Shown one piece after another: positions 38,334 through 47,975 of a stretch of DNA of 64,000 nucleotides. The notes beneath the pieces are model-generated. The model saw only the letters and a program-made list of their open reading frames with translations. It ran no database searches and was not told the origin of the DNA. Position numbers and translations under genes: made by a program. Within the stretch, counting starts at the first letter, position 1. Each line of letters opens with the position of its first letter. The DNA is taken from positions 3,425 through 67,424 of the forward strand of contig JAKPQL010000083.1 in the NCBI GenBank assembly GCA_029547045.1. Direction: 5' to 3'. Source of the DNA: Deltaproteobacteria bacterium (GTDB lineage Bacteria > Desulfobacterota > Desulfomonilia > UBA1062).

Positions 38334-38756
38334 ATGCAGGACATCAGGACCGTGATCCTTCTCAGGGATGCGCACATCGAGACCGTGCTGAACGATGAGT
38401 GCGGCCTGGTCCTGCTCGCCTGCATCAGAACCGATGCGGGCTTCCGCTCCACCATGCAGGTCCTGGACACGGTGGCGGTCTTTTCCGGACCCGGCCTGCT
38501 TGTCTGCTGCGCCACCGAAGACCTCCTCCCCTCCCTTGAGCGCCGTTTCGACATACCCGGCACCCCCACCCACCTCCTGCTGAACCATGGCCGCGTCCTG
38601 GACTCGCTCATGGGCAGGACCACGGCGCAAAACCTCATCTCCTTCGTCAGGCCCCACCTTCAGGGGTTCCTGCAGGCATCAGAAGCCCGAGGAAAACCCG
38701 TGCCTGAAGGAAAGGCGCGGGAGGTCCCGAGGGGAAAAAGGATCAAGGCCCCATGA
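38334..38756 (+). CDS. Thioredoxin-fold-like hypothetical protein without CxxC
   Basis: FDIPGTPTHLLLNHGRVLDSLMG resembles the thioredoxin cis-Pro region. GGGAGA RBS. Confidence 0.45.
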   Translation: MQDIRTVILLRDAHIETVLNDECGLVLLACIRTDAGFRSTMQVLDTVAVFSGPGLLVCCATEDLLPSLERRFDIPGTPTHLLLNHGRVLDSLMGRTTAQNLISFVRPHLQGFLQASEARGKPVPEGKAREVPRGKRIKAP

Positions 38757-38892
38757 TGGGATCCCCTCTCTCCCATGCGAAACCGATGGCTCACACCTTC
38801 GCCATACCCTCTCCCTCACGCGAAGGAGAGGGTGTCTTCCGTCGAAGCGGGACGAGCGTGACAGAGACCGGGCCATGCCCGGGAGAATCCCC

Positions 38893-39969
38893 ATGAACAG
38901 GATAAGGGTGATCATCCTGGACGAGTCCGCCCTGGTGCGGCAGACCCTGAAGGACATCCTCGACGCCGACGAGCGGATAGAGGTTGTTGGTACCGCCTCC
39001 GAGCCTTCCCTCGCCCTGGCCAGGCTCAGGGACCCTATGGCCGAGGTGATCACCCTGGAGATCCAGATGCCCGGGCCGGACAGATTCACCCTTTCGTTCA
39101 GGAAAGTCTCCCCCCCGGCGGAGGCCACCCTGCAGTCACGCGCCACGGGCGTCCAGCCCCTGGGCAGGGCCCTGGAACTCGGCGCCATGGAGGTGATCCA
39201 CAAGCCTGCCCCGGGCATCAGCGGGATGCTCCGCGAATCGGCCACCCTGCTCTGTGATGCGGTGGTGGCCGCGGCCCGGGGGCAGAACAGGCGCCTTTCC
39301 CTCGACAGGGACCTGATCCAGCCCAAATTCGGCGCAGACGTCATCCTGCCTGCACCGAGACCGGACGGAGCCATGCCGGTCACGGACAAGGTGGTTGCCA
39401 TCGGCGCATCCGCAGGCGGCACAGAGGCTCTGAGGATCTTCCTTGAGGCCCTGCCCTGCGACTGCCCGGGCATGGTCATCGTGCAGCACATGCCCGAGGG
39501 CTTCACTGCGGCCTTTGCCAGGCGCCTCGACTCCCTGTGCGCCGTCTCCGTACAGGAAGCCTCCAGCAAAGACCCCGTGCTGCCGGGCCACGTCCTCATC
39601 GCCCCGGGCAACCGCCACCTCCTGCTCAGGCGCAGCGGTTCCCGCTACTTCGTGGAGGTCAGGGGCGGCCCGCTGGTGTCGCGCCACCGGCCCTCCGTGG
39701 ACGTGCTCTTCAGGTCCGTGGCCCACTGCGCGGGGATAAACGGCATCGGGATCATCATGACCGGCATGGGAGACGACGGGGCCCGTGGTATGCGGGAGAT
39801 GAAGGAGGCGGGCGCATTCACACTGGCCCAGGACGAACAGTCCTGCGTGGTCTTCGGCATGCCCCAGGAGGCCATCAAGGCCGGCGGCGTGGACAGGGTG
39901 CTCCCTTTGGAGGCCCTGGCCCCCGAGGTCATGCGGCTGTCCCTGCTCGCACGGAAGAAGATGGAGTGA
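38893..39969 (+). CDS. cheB: Chemotaxis methylesterase CheB with degenerate receiver
   Basis: GASAGG, VQHMP, HRPSVDVLF, TGMGDDGA intact. Receiver reads LDES and TLEIQMP. Confidence 0.88.
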   Translation: MNRIRVIILDESALVRQTLKDILDADERIEVVGTASEPSLALARLRDPMAEVITLEIQMPGPDRFTLSFRKVSPPAEATLQSRATGVQPLGRALELGAMEVIHKPAPGISGMLRESATLLCDAVVAAARGQNRRLSLDRDLIQPKFGADVILPAPRPDGAMPVTDKVVAIGASAGGTEALRIFLEALPCDCPGMVIVQHMPEGFTAAFARRLDSLCAVSVQEASSKDPVLPGHVLIAPGNRHLLLRRSGSRYFVEVRGGPLVSRHRPSVDVLFRSVAHCAGINGIGIIMTGMGDDGARGMREMKEAGAFTLAQDEQSCVVFGMPQEAIKAGGVDRVLPLEALAPEVMRLSLLARKKME

Positions 39970-39974
39970 CGACC

Positions 39975-41175
39975 ATGGGCCTGAAGACCATCCTCGCCGG
40001 ATTCCTGACCAGACACCCGGCCCATGACCGCACCCGCCACCCGGACGAGGACAGGGCAGTCGGATGTTGGGCGGAACAGCTGCTCGGGGTCGGGGAGAGG
40101 CTCGATGCCGTGGTGGCGACCTCAGAGGACCGATTCCTGACCCTGGTGGAACGGCTCCAGGATTTCGAGGACATGAGTTCACGTTCCCACGAGATGGTGG
40201 AGCTCATGAGCGGGGAAGGCATCCGAAAAACAACCGAGGGCCTGCGGGACATCCTGCAGGAGCTCAGGCTGAACCTGGAGAACCCAGACCACTCCACGGA
40301 GCGGACCAGGGCGGTGTTCCACGAGCACCTGCGGGCCATCAGGAGCCTCACCTCCTGCCTTGACGAGTTCGGCATGCTCGTCATGAACCTCTCCATGATG
40401 GGCTTCCTCACCCGGATGGAGAATGCCACCCTCTCTGCGAACTCCGGGGGCTTCGCAAGCCTCAGCGACGACGTGCGGCTCCTGGCGGACACGATCAAGG
40501 CCAAAACTCACCATACGGTCCGGCTCTGAGTCGGTGCACGCGTATCTGGTCCGCGCCCTGGGGGAGATATCCGTCTTCGAGACCATCAAGGGGGAACAGA
40601 CGCGCACCATGCTGGACAATGCCTTCAAGAACCACCGGTCCCTTCTGGATAGGCATGCCGCAGCCTCGGGCTCAGCGCTGCGGATCGATCAGGGCACCCG
40701 GAAGATCACAGCCAGCATCGCAGAGATCGTCATGTCCCTGCAGTTCCACGACATCACCCGACAGACGGTTGTCACGGACCGGCTGGTGGAGAGGCTGAGA
40801 GACCTCATCACATCGCTCCACGACATCAACAAGGCCATACGGACCATGCTCTCGGAACTGTGTGACCTGGGCGGATCACTCGTGCGGGATACCGAGGACG
40901 CGGCGACCCACACCGCGGTTCACCGGGAGATCGAGACGGCACTGAACGGGGTCAGACAGACCCTTGCCGGGATCATCGACAATGCCAGGAAGAGAAACCC
41001 GGGCGCGCTCCTCGAAGCGTCCTCACCGTTCTTTGCCGCCATCGACCGCCTCTACACCATGGAAAGCGAGCGCGCCATACACCTCAGGCACCTCGAGGCT
41101 TCATCCGGGAGCAGAGACTAAGCCATGGCCCCGGTCGAAGCAGGCGACACGGGCGGAAACCTGGAGCTGTTCTGA
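39975..41175 (+). pseudogene. Disrupted soluble MCP-like chemotaxis protein
   Basis: GGFASLSDDVRLLA, then a frameshift near 40510. Continues IVMSLQFHDITRQ...YTMESERAIH, with an in-frame TAA at 41119 before GGNLELF-stop. Confidence 0.7.
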
Positions 41176-41426
41176 TGGAAAGACGCTGCAGCAGACATAC
41201 TTGCCGGGGTGCACCGGAACCCTCCCCTGGGGCCGGGCTGCGTGGGGATGCACCCGGTCACCGGCCGATGGGACTGCTGAGGGGGCGAACCGGCTGACGC
41301 CGGATCGTCCTGACGTTCCATCCATTGGCCCGTTGCCTTGGACCCTGCCCTTACTTCCGGTGGGGTTTTTTTCTCCTGACCCCATGGTCTGCACCGGGGA
41401 ATGGATGGATCAGGCCCCTCTCTTTC

Positions 41427-41464
41427 TATGGCACGCTCACCATAGATTATGGCACGGAGACCAT
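41427..41464. promoter_or_regulatory. Tandem enhancer-like sites (ATGG-N8-CCAT x2)
   Basis: TATGGCACGCTCACCAT (41427) and TATGGCACGGAGACCAT (41448), 21 bp apart. Confidence 0.55.
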
Positions 41465-41560
41465 TTCGTCTTACTGTATTACCAGTCTATACGGCACCGG
41501 GTATTCTCCACCCCCCGATATAACAGGATGATTCCGTGAGCCGGCCACGGCCTGGTCCCT

Positions 41561-41576
41561 TGGCACAAAACTGGCA
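41561..41576 (+). promoter_or_regulatory. sigma54 promoter candidate
   Basis: TGGCAC-AAAAC-TGGCA: GG and GC at correct -24/-12 spacing. Confidence 0.55.
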
Positions 41577-41627
41577 GATACATGCGCACAAGGTCAGAAA
41601 CAGGTTCCACAGGGAAAGGAGATCACC

Positions 41628-41855
41628 ATGCAGACGGCACTGAAGCTTGACAGGTGTGCATGCGGCGTCCATTCCGATACATCCTGCGCCGGGTGCGGAG
41701 CACCGGTATGCAGGAAATGCGGCCATCAGGAGATCGCATCCACCGATCCGGCGCGCATCGTGGTAATCCACTACTGCCACACATGCACTGCAGACCCAAA
41801 GAAAAACACCTGGGGCACCCTGTACTGGGACGGCCTCAAGGCATTGTATATCTGA
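41628..41855 (+). CDS. Small cysteine-rich (putative zinc-finger) protein
   Basis: 75 aa with AAGGAG RBS. CxC, CxxC, CxxC(GH), CxxC, ending WGTLYW. Confidence 0.7.
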   Translation: MQTALKLDRCACGVHSDTSCAGCGAPVCRKCGHQEIASTDPARIVVIHYCHTCTADPKKNTWGTLYWDGLKALYI

Positions 41856-42086
41856 ACACGCGAGCAGACATGGGGGCGAGCTTCCCATCTGACCGCAAGG
41901 GACAGCTCGAAGCGCTTTCACACCACGATCCACTCATCATCGCACACAGGAGGCGCACCCCATCATGACGGGCTGATGGCGTACCGCAACACGCCACCGC
42001 ACCGAATGAACCGCCATCAGCCCACCCTTGCGGTATTCTGAGAAAGAACCCTTCCCCACACGCCGCAATGCGCATGCATGAGGGCT

Positions 42087-43505
42087 TCAGCGATCATCCT
42101 CCCTGCCCGGCGGCCTGACATCACCCCGTGCGAGGGAGGCCGCAATCCCCGGGATGCAGAGCGCGCTGAAGAACAGGATGCCCGTACGGAAGGCATGCAT
42201 GAAGGACCCTGCGGAATCGGGCGTGATCCGTACGTGCCCGATGATCAGGGAGAAGAGCACCAGTACGATCCCCATGCTGAACGCCTGGCCCGTAATGCGC
42301 ATGGTGGCGATCATGCTGGATGCCACCCCGTAGTCGGCCCTCGACACGGAGCTCATGACCGCGTTGGTGTTGGGGGAGGAGAAAAGCGAGAACCCGACGC
42401 CGAGGACCACGAGGCAACCCACCAGGACCCCTGTAGCGCTGTTGCCGCCCATGAAGGCGAGGGCCATCAGGCCCGCTGACGTCACGGCCATTCCTGTGGA
42501 GGCCAGGATGCGGGGCTCCAATCGGTCCGACAGGCGCCCCGTCAGGGGGGAGAGCGCGGTCATGACCGCCGGCTGGGTCACCAGGACAAGCCCTGCCTGA
42601 GAAGGGCTCATGCCCTTGACGTACTGGAGAAAAAGGCTGAGCAGGAAGCCGGTGGAGAAGGTGGCGCTGTAATGGATGAAAGCGGCCAGGTTCGACCATG
42701 CGAATACGCGGTTTTCCTTCAGGAGTCTGAGGTCGAGGACCGGTGAGACGTGGTTCCTCTCCCAGAGCAGGAACCCGGCCATGGCACAGATGCCCGTGCA
42801 GAGGAGCACGATCCCGGTCCGTGCTGGCAGCAGCGAGAACCCGAGCATCAGACAGACAAGGCCCACGGAATAGATGAGCGACCCCGCGAGGTCGAACCCT
42901 CGGGAGACCCTGTCCGCATGGTCTTCCTCGACACAGAACAGCACCATCAGGAACGCGCAGCCCCCCAGCACCGCGGCCAGCAGAAAGATGCCCTTCCAGC
43001 CGAAGCCTTCGGTGAGAACCCCGCCGATGAACGGACCCGCGGTGAGGCCGGCGTACACCGCGCCCACGGTGATGCCGATGGCACGGCCCCTGCGGGAAGG
43101 GCTCGTGACGGCGGTGAGGATGGCCATGGAGGTGCTGAAGATCATGGCCCCGCCAAGGCCCTGGAGGGCACGGAGCGCCAGGAACATCCAGGCGCCCGGC
43201 GCAAGGGGCATGAACAGACTCGTCAGCGAGAAGACGAGGATGCCCGAGACGAAGATCCTCTTTCTGCCCAGGATGTCGGATGCCCTGCCCAGGGGGAGGA
43301 GGAACACGGCCGACGCGATGATGTACGCGGTGGTGACCCAGCCGATGAGCACGGCGTCCATGCCGAAGGACACTCCGATGGCGGGCAGGGCGATATTCAC
43401 GGAAGACCCCATGAAGGGCGTGAGGAACGAGGAGATGGAGGCGATGACGAGCACGCTGCCCTCGCCCCCGTGGCCCTGCCCATGATCCCGCACGGAGCCT
43501 CTCAT
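42087..43505 (-). CDS. MFS transporter, DHA2/EmrB-like (14 TM)
   Basis: SSVNIALPAI, GRASDILGRKR, RALQGLG, FSSPNTNA. Start approximate. Confidence 0.88.
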   Translation of the reverse strand: MRGSVRDHGQGHGGEGSVLVIASISSFLTPFMGSSVNIALPAIGVSFGMDAVLIGWVTTAYIIASAVFLLPLGRASDILGRKRIFVSGILVFSLTSLFMPLAPGAWMFLALRALQGLGGAMIFSTSMAILTAVTSPSRRGRAIGITVGAVYAGLTAGPFIGGVLTEGFGWKGIFLLAAVLGGCAFLMVLFCVEEDHADRVSRGFDLAGSLIYSVGLVCLMLGFSLLPARTGIVLLCTGICAMAGFLLWERNHVSPVLDLRLLKENRVFAWSNLAAFIHYSATFSTGFLLSLFLQYVKGMSPSQAGLVLVTQPAVMTALSPLTGRLSDRLEPRILASTGMAVTSAGLMALAFMGGNSATGVLVGCLVVLGVGFSLFSSPNTNAVMSSVSRADYGVASSMIATMRITGQAFSMGIVLVLFSLIIGHVRITPDSAGSFMHAFRTGILFFSALCIPGIAASLARGDVRPPGREDDR

Positions 43506-43539
43506 GACACTGCACCGGATGCCCGGCATCCCCGGACGC

Positions 43540-44979
43540 CTACGGCAGCCTCTCCCGCTTCCTGGTGAGCCCGTACTTCTCCACCTTGAGGTAGAACGTC
43601 TTGTAGTTCAGCCCAGACTCGCGGGCCGCTTCGGCGATGACCCCCCCGTGCTTCTCCAGCAGGTGGGCGAAGTACCTCCGCTCGAACTGCTCGAGGATGG
43701 CCTTCTTGATGGCGTGGTAATCGTTCCCCTCACCCGCATCCACGAGGATGGAGGGTTCCTCGGGGGCGGACGCGGCCTTTTCGCCGCCCGCCTGGGCGAG
43801 GATCCGGCCGAGTTCAGGGAAGTCCGTGATGAGTTCGGCGCGCGTGGACACCATGGCGTGCTGGATGATGTTCTCCATCTCCCGGACATTGCCCGGCCAT
43901 GAGTAGGCCTCGAGCTGCGCCATGGCGGCGCTCGAGATCCCGCGCACCGGGGAAGCGAGCTTCTTGGAGTACTTGCCGATGAAGTGCCCGGCGAGCCTCG
44001 ATATGTCCTCCCTGCGTTCCCGCAGCGGCGGCACGATGATGGGCAGGACGCTGATGCGGTAGTAGAGGTCTTCCCGGAAGACCTCCTTGCGGATCATGTC
44101 CTGGACGGGCCGGTTCGTGGCGCAGATGACCCGGAAGTCGAGCTCGATCTCGCGGTTGCTGCCGAGCCGGGTGATCCGGTGGTCTTCCAGCACGCGCAGG
44201 ATCTTGGCCTGGAGATCCAGCGGGATGTCGCCGATCTCGTCCAAGAAGATGGTGCCGGTGTGCGCCTTCTCGAATTTTCCGATGCGCTGGCTGATGGCCC
44301 CGCTGAAGGCGCCCTTCTCGTGGCCGAAGAACTCGGACTCCAGCAGGTTCACCGGGATGGCGGCGCAGTTGATCACCACGAAGGGCTTGGAGCGGCGGTC
44401 GCTGCGCGAGTGGATGGACCGGGCGATGAGTTCCTTTCCGGTACCGGTCTCGCCCAGGATGAGCACGGTGAGGTCCGTCTCTGCGGCGGTGAGGATCTGC
44501 TCGTAGAGACGCTGCATCTTCGGGTGGGACCCCACGAGCTGGTCGAGGCCCTCGGTGTGCTGCTGGATCTGCCCCTTGAGCTCGATGTTCTCCTTCAGGA
44601 TCTCGTGCTGCCTGAGCATCTTGGTGAGCGAGATCTCCAGGGTGTCCATGTTGAAGGGTTTTTCCAGGAAGTCGTAGGCCCCGTACTTCATGGCCTCCAC
44701 TGCCCCGGATATGCTCCCGAAGGCCGTGACCACCACAACGTACGTCGTGGGGTAGCGGTTGTGGATCTCCCTGAGCAGTGCATACCCGTCCATGCGGGGC
44801 ATCTTGATGTCGGTGATGACGATGTCGTGGCGGACCGCCTCGATCTTCTCCAGGGCATCGAGGCCGTCGCACGCCGTGTCTATCTGGAGTTCGAGGCTGG
44901 ACTGCTCCAGGGCGTCCCGGAGCTGCTCGAGGAAGACCTCTTCGTCATCAACGAGCAGGATTTTTTTTCTTTCTTCCAC
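43540..44979 (-). CDS. sigma54-dependent NtrC-family response regulator
   Basis: Receiver LVDDE/TDIKMP, GETGTGKE, GAFSGA, FLDEIGD, WPGNVRE, C-terminal HTH. GTG start with GAGGA RBS. Confidence 0.93.
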   Translation of the reverse strand: MEERKKILLVDDEEVFLEQLRDALEQSSLELQIDTACDGLDALEKIEAVRHDIVITDIKMPRMDGYALLREIHNRYPTTYVVVVTAFGSISGAVEAMKYGAYDFLEKPFNMDTLEISLTKMLRQHEILKENIELKGQIQQHTEGLDQLVGSHPKMQRLYEQILTAAETDLTVLILGETGTGKELIARSIHSRSDRRSKPFVVINCAAIPVNLLESEFFGHEKGAFSGAISQRIGKFEKAHTGTIFLDEIGDIPLDLQAKILRVLEDHRITRLGSNREIELDFRVICATNRPVQDMIRKEVFREDLYYRISVLPIIVPPLRERREDISRLAGHFIGKYSKKLASPVRGISSAAMAQLEAYSWPGNVREMENIIQHAMVSTRAELITDFPELGRILAQAGGEKAASAPEEPSILVDAGEGNDYHAIKKAILEQFERRYFAHLLEKHGGVIAEAARESGLNYKTFYLKVEKYGLTRKRERLP

Positions 44980-47302
44980 GAATGTCCTCGCTGTCGTTCC
45001 GGCCTGCGCCGGCCTCACGCTCCCCGGCCGATGCCCTCGCCGGCCCTCCCTGCTCACGGGGGAGCCTGATCACGAACTCCGTGCCCCTACCCTTTTCGCT
45101 TCTCGCCTCGATCTCGCCGTGGTGCATGTCGATGACCTTCATGACCAGTGCCAGTCCCAGGCCTGTCCCCTTCGCCTTCTTCGTGAAGAACGGCTGGAAG
45201 ATCCTGGCCAGGTCCTCCTGCTCGATGCCCGATCCCGTATCGGCGAGGCGGATCTCCACTGCGTCCTCGCAGAAGGTCTCCGTACCGCGGCTGAATGTAT
45301 GGCGCTTGATCACGGCGGTGGATATCCTGAACGTGCCGCCCTCGGGCATGGCGTCCAGCGCGTTCTCGATGATGTTCTCGAAGACCTGGCGGAGCTGGAT
45401 GCCGTCCGCCACCACGGTGTCCGCGTCCGGGTCGAAGGATGTCTCCACGCGGACCCGGCGCCTCTCGAGGGCCTCGGTCTGGTTGAAGAGCAGTCCTTCG
45501 ACGATGTTGCTGATGCGGTGTGGCCTGGGCCGCAGCTCGCCCGTGCGGGTCCATTCGAGGATCTGGGTGACGAATTTCTCCAGGTTGTCCACCCCGTTCC
45601 TCACGCCCTCGAGCTGCCTGCGCTGGCGGGCGTCCATGGCCAGCGATCCGGAGAGCAGCTCCACGCCGGTCTTGATCTTCTGGAGGGGGTTGCGCACCTC
45701 GTGGGCCACATGCGCGGACATCTCGCCCAGGATGGCCATCTTCCTCGCCTGCTCCAGGTCGCGCTGCATCTGTTTGACCTCGGTGATGTCCATGATGGAC
45801 ACGATGCTCTGCATGGTGCCGGGGATCATGCCGATGGTGAGGAAGGACTCCCGGATGCGGCCGAACTTGTCCCGGAAGCGGAACTCATACTGGGACGGCA
45901 CGTCCGGCGCACCCTGGCGTCTGGCCTTGGAGTAGGCCTTCATCCGTTCCACGTCCTCGGGGTGCACCACCTCGGTCCAGCGCATCTTCCCGATGATCTC
46001 CTCCTTGGTGAAGCCGCTGAGCCGCTCCATCTGGTTGTTGGCAAAGGTGACCGTGTAGTCTTCGTCCAGGATCATCATGGCAGTGCCGGTGTGCTCCACG
46101 GTGGCGCGGTACTTGGCCTCGCTGGCGCGGAGCGCCTTCTGGGCCTCGCGCTTCTCCGTGATGTCGCGGATCACGTTCTGCGTGGCCGGCCTGCCCTCGT
46201 ACTCGATGACCGAGGGCGTGATCTCGAAGGCCCGCCAGTTCTCGTCCCTGCTCTTCAGCGCGATCTCGTACTGCTCGGGCACCTTCTCACCCCGGATGCG
46301 CTTGTCGTAGCGGGCCTCGATCATGTGCGCGAGTTCGGGCCGCACGATATCCTTGAGGCCCATGTCCGCGATCTCCTCCTCGGAGTATCCCAGGAGCTCC
46401 CGGAAGGCCGGGTTCGTGTACCTGAACCGGTGGTCCTGGTAGACGAAGATGCCGTCAGCGGTCTTCTCCACGAGCATCCGGTACTTCTGCTCGGACTCCT
46501 TCAGCCTGTTCTCCACGGCCTTCATGGGCCGCAGATCGCGGAACACGCTGATGGCCGCCACGGGCCTGCCCTCGGAATAGAGGTACGAGATGGACAGCGA
46601 GATGGGGATGAGGGTCCCGCCCTTGGAGTGGACCCACGTCTCCTCGCCCACGACCCAGCGCGGGTTCTCCTCGGTGCCCTCGTCCAGGATGGCCAGGATC
46701 CGGTCGCGTTCGCCCTCCACCAGGAACTGGGCGATGTTGGTCCTGTGGCTGAGCATGTCGTCTGCGCTGAACCCCGTGATCTCCTCGGCGGCCCGGTTGA
46801 AGATGAGCGCCCTGCCCTTCAGGTCCGAGGCCACGATGGCGTCCGACGAGCTGGCGATGAGTCCTGCCAGGAACTTGTTCGAGGACTCCATGCTCTGCTC
46901 CATCCCCTTGCGCCGGGTGATGTCGCGGCAGATGTTCAGGGTGGCGGGAATGCCCCCCGAGAGCTTGATGGCCGAGGTGGACAGGGAGATGGTGCGCTCA
47001 TTGCCGGCCTTGGTGACGAAGATCATGTCGAGCCTGCGGGGGCGGACCTCGTCGCCGTTGATGAAGGCCTCGCAGCGCTTTTCCATGGGTCGCCACGCGT
47101 CCTTGTGCATGACGTCCCTGAAGCCCATCTCCTCGAGTTCCTCGGCCGAGTATCCGAGCATCCGCTCGAAGGCGGGGTTTACATAATGGAAGCGCCCTCC
47201 CTGGTAGACGAAGATGCCCTCGTAGGCCATCTCCACGATAGTCTCGTAGATGGCCTTGCTGAACTTCTTCGACTTCAGGTGCGCGGCGTCGTGGGCATGC
47301 AT
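44948..47302 (-). CDS. Multi-PAS (about 4) sensor histidine kinase
   Basis: AHEVRNPL, NALDAM, DTGSGI, PFFTKK, GTGLGL. No TM segments seen. Confidence 0.9.
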   Translation of the reverse strand: MHAHDAAHLKSKKFSKAIYETIVEMAYEGIFVYQGGRFHYVNPAFERMLGYSAEELEEMGFRDVMHKDAWRPMEKRCEAFINGDEVRPRRLDMIFVTKAGNERTISLSTSAIKLSGGIPATLNICRDITRRKGMEQSMESSNKFLAGLIASSSDAIVASDLKGRALIFNRAAEEITGFSADDMLSHRTNIAQFLVEGERDRILAILDEGTEENPRWVVGEETWVHSKGGTLIPISLSISYLYSEGRPVAAISVFRDLRPMKAVENRLKESEQKYRMLVEKTADGIFVYQDHRFRYTNPAFRELLGYSEEEIADMGLKDIVRPELAHMIEARYDKRIRGEKVPEQYEIALKSRDENWRAFEITPSVIEYEGRPATQNVIRDITEKREAQKALRASEAKYRATVEHTGTAMMILDEDYTVTFANNQMERLSGFTKEEIIGKMRWTEVVHPEDVERMKAYSKARRQGAPDVPSQYEFRFRDKFGRIRESFLTIGMIPGTMQSIVSIMDITEVKQMQRDLEQARKMAILGEMSAHVAHEVRNPLQKIKTGVELLSGSLAMDARQRRQLEGVRNGVDNLEKFVTQILEWTRTGELRPRPHRISNIVEGLLFNQTEALERRRVRVETSFDPDADTVVADGIQLRQVFENIIENALDAMPEGGTFRISTAVIKRHTFSRGTETFCEDAVEIRLADTGSGIEQEDLARIFQPFFTKKAKGTGLGLALVMKVIDMHHGEIEARSEKGRGTEFVIRLPREQGGPARASAGEREAGAGRNDSEDIRGRKKKNPAR

Positions 47303-47379
47303 ATATGCGGGGAAAATACACGATGTCTGGGGTGTCTATCAACAGAAAAGGGGGGTGGGATTCCGTGAGGGACAGCGGA

Positions 47380-47895
47380 TCAGGCCTTGAACTTGCCGAA
47401 GTCCTCCGGGTTCATCTTCTCCAGGATCTCCTTGAGCTTCTCGGTGTCCTGTTCGAAGCCAACCATGACCTTACCCGCGCTGGACTTGGCATCCACGCGG
47501 ATGGCGTCCTTGATCACGTGGTCTGCCACGTAGATGGCGGACTTGGTGCGCAGGGCAACGGCAATGGCGTCGGACGGCCGTGCGTCTATGGTCAGCCGCG
47601 ACCCGCCATGGGCCACGGTGATGAGCGCATAAAAGACGTTCTCCCGGATGTCCACCACCTCGATCTTCTCGATGACGGCGCCCAGGGTCTCCACGAGGGA
47701 CTTGAAGAGGTCGTGAGTCATGGGCCGGGAGTATTGGACCCCTTCCAGGGCCGCTGCGATGGCGCTCGCCTCCATGATGCCGATCCAGATGGGGAGGATG
47801 AACTTGCCCTCGAGGTCGCGGAGCACCACGATGGGCGCGTTGTTGGTGGGGTCAAGGGCGATGCCCGCCACCTTCATTTCCACGAAACCGGCCAT
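47380..47895 (-). CDS. Bifunctional nuclease family protein (DUF151)
   Basis: LPIWIG..EA, RPMTHDL, IDARPSDAIAVALR. Confidence 0.9.
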   Translation of the reverse strand: MAGFVEMKVAGIALDPTNNAPIVVLRDLEGKFILPIWIGIMEASAIAAALEGVQYSRPMTHDLFKSLVETLGAVIEKIEVVDIRENVFYALITVAHGGSRLTIDARPSDAIAVALRTKSAIYVADHVIKDAIRVDAKSSAGKVMVGFEQDTEKLKEILEKMNPEDFGKFKA

Positions 47896-47975
47896 GGGAG
47901 ACTCCTCCTGATCTGTAAGATTAAGACCGCCCACCCGAATAGTCAATACTTCATCAACCCCACAGAGCCTGTCTC

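Noticed and set aside
41119-41121. Stop-codon recoding (Sec/Pyl) in the MCP-like gene
   Set aside because: The codon is TAA, and the gene has other lesions.
44759-47368. 869-aa plus-strand ORF
   Set aside because: Lies opposite a well-supported histidine kinase; shadow ORF.
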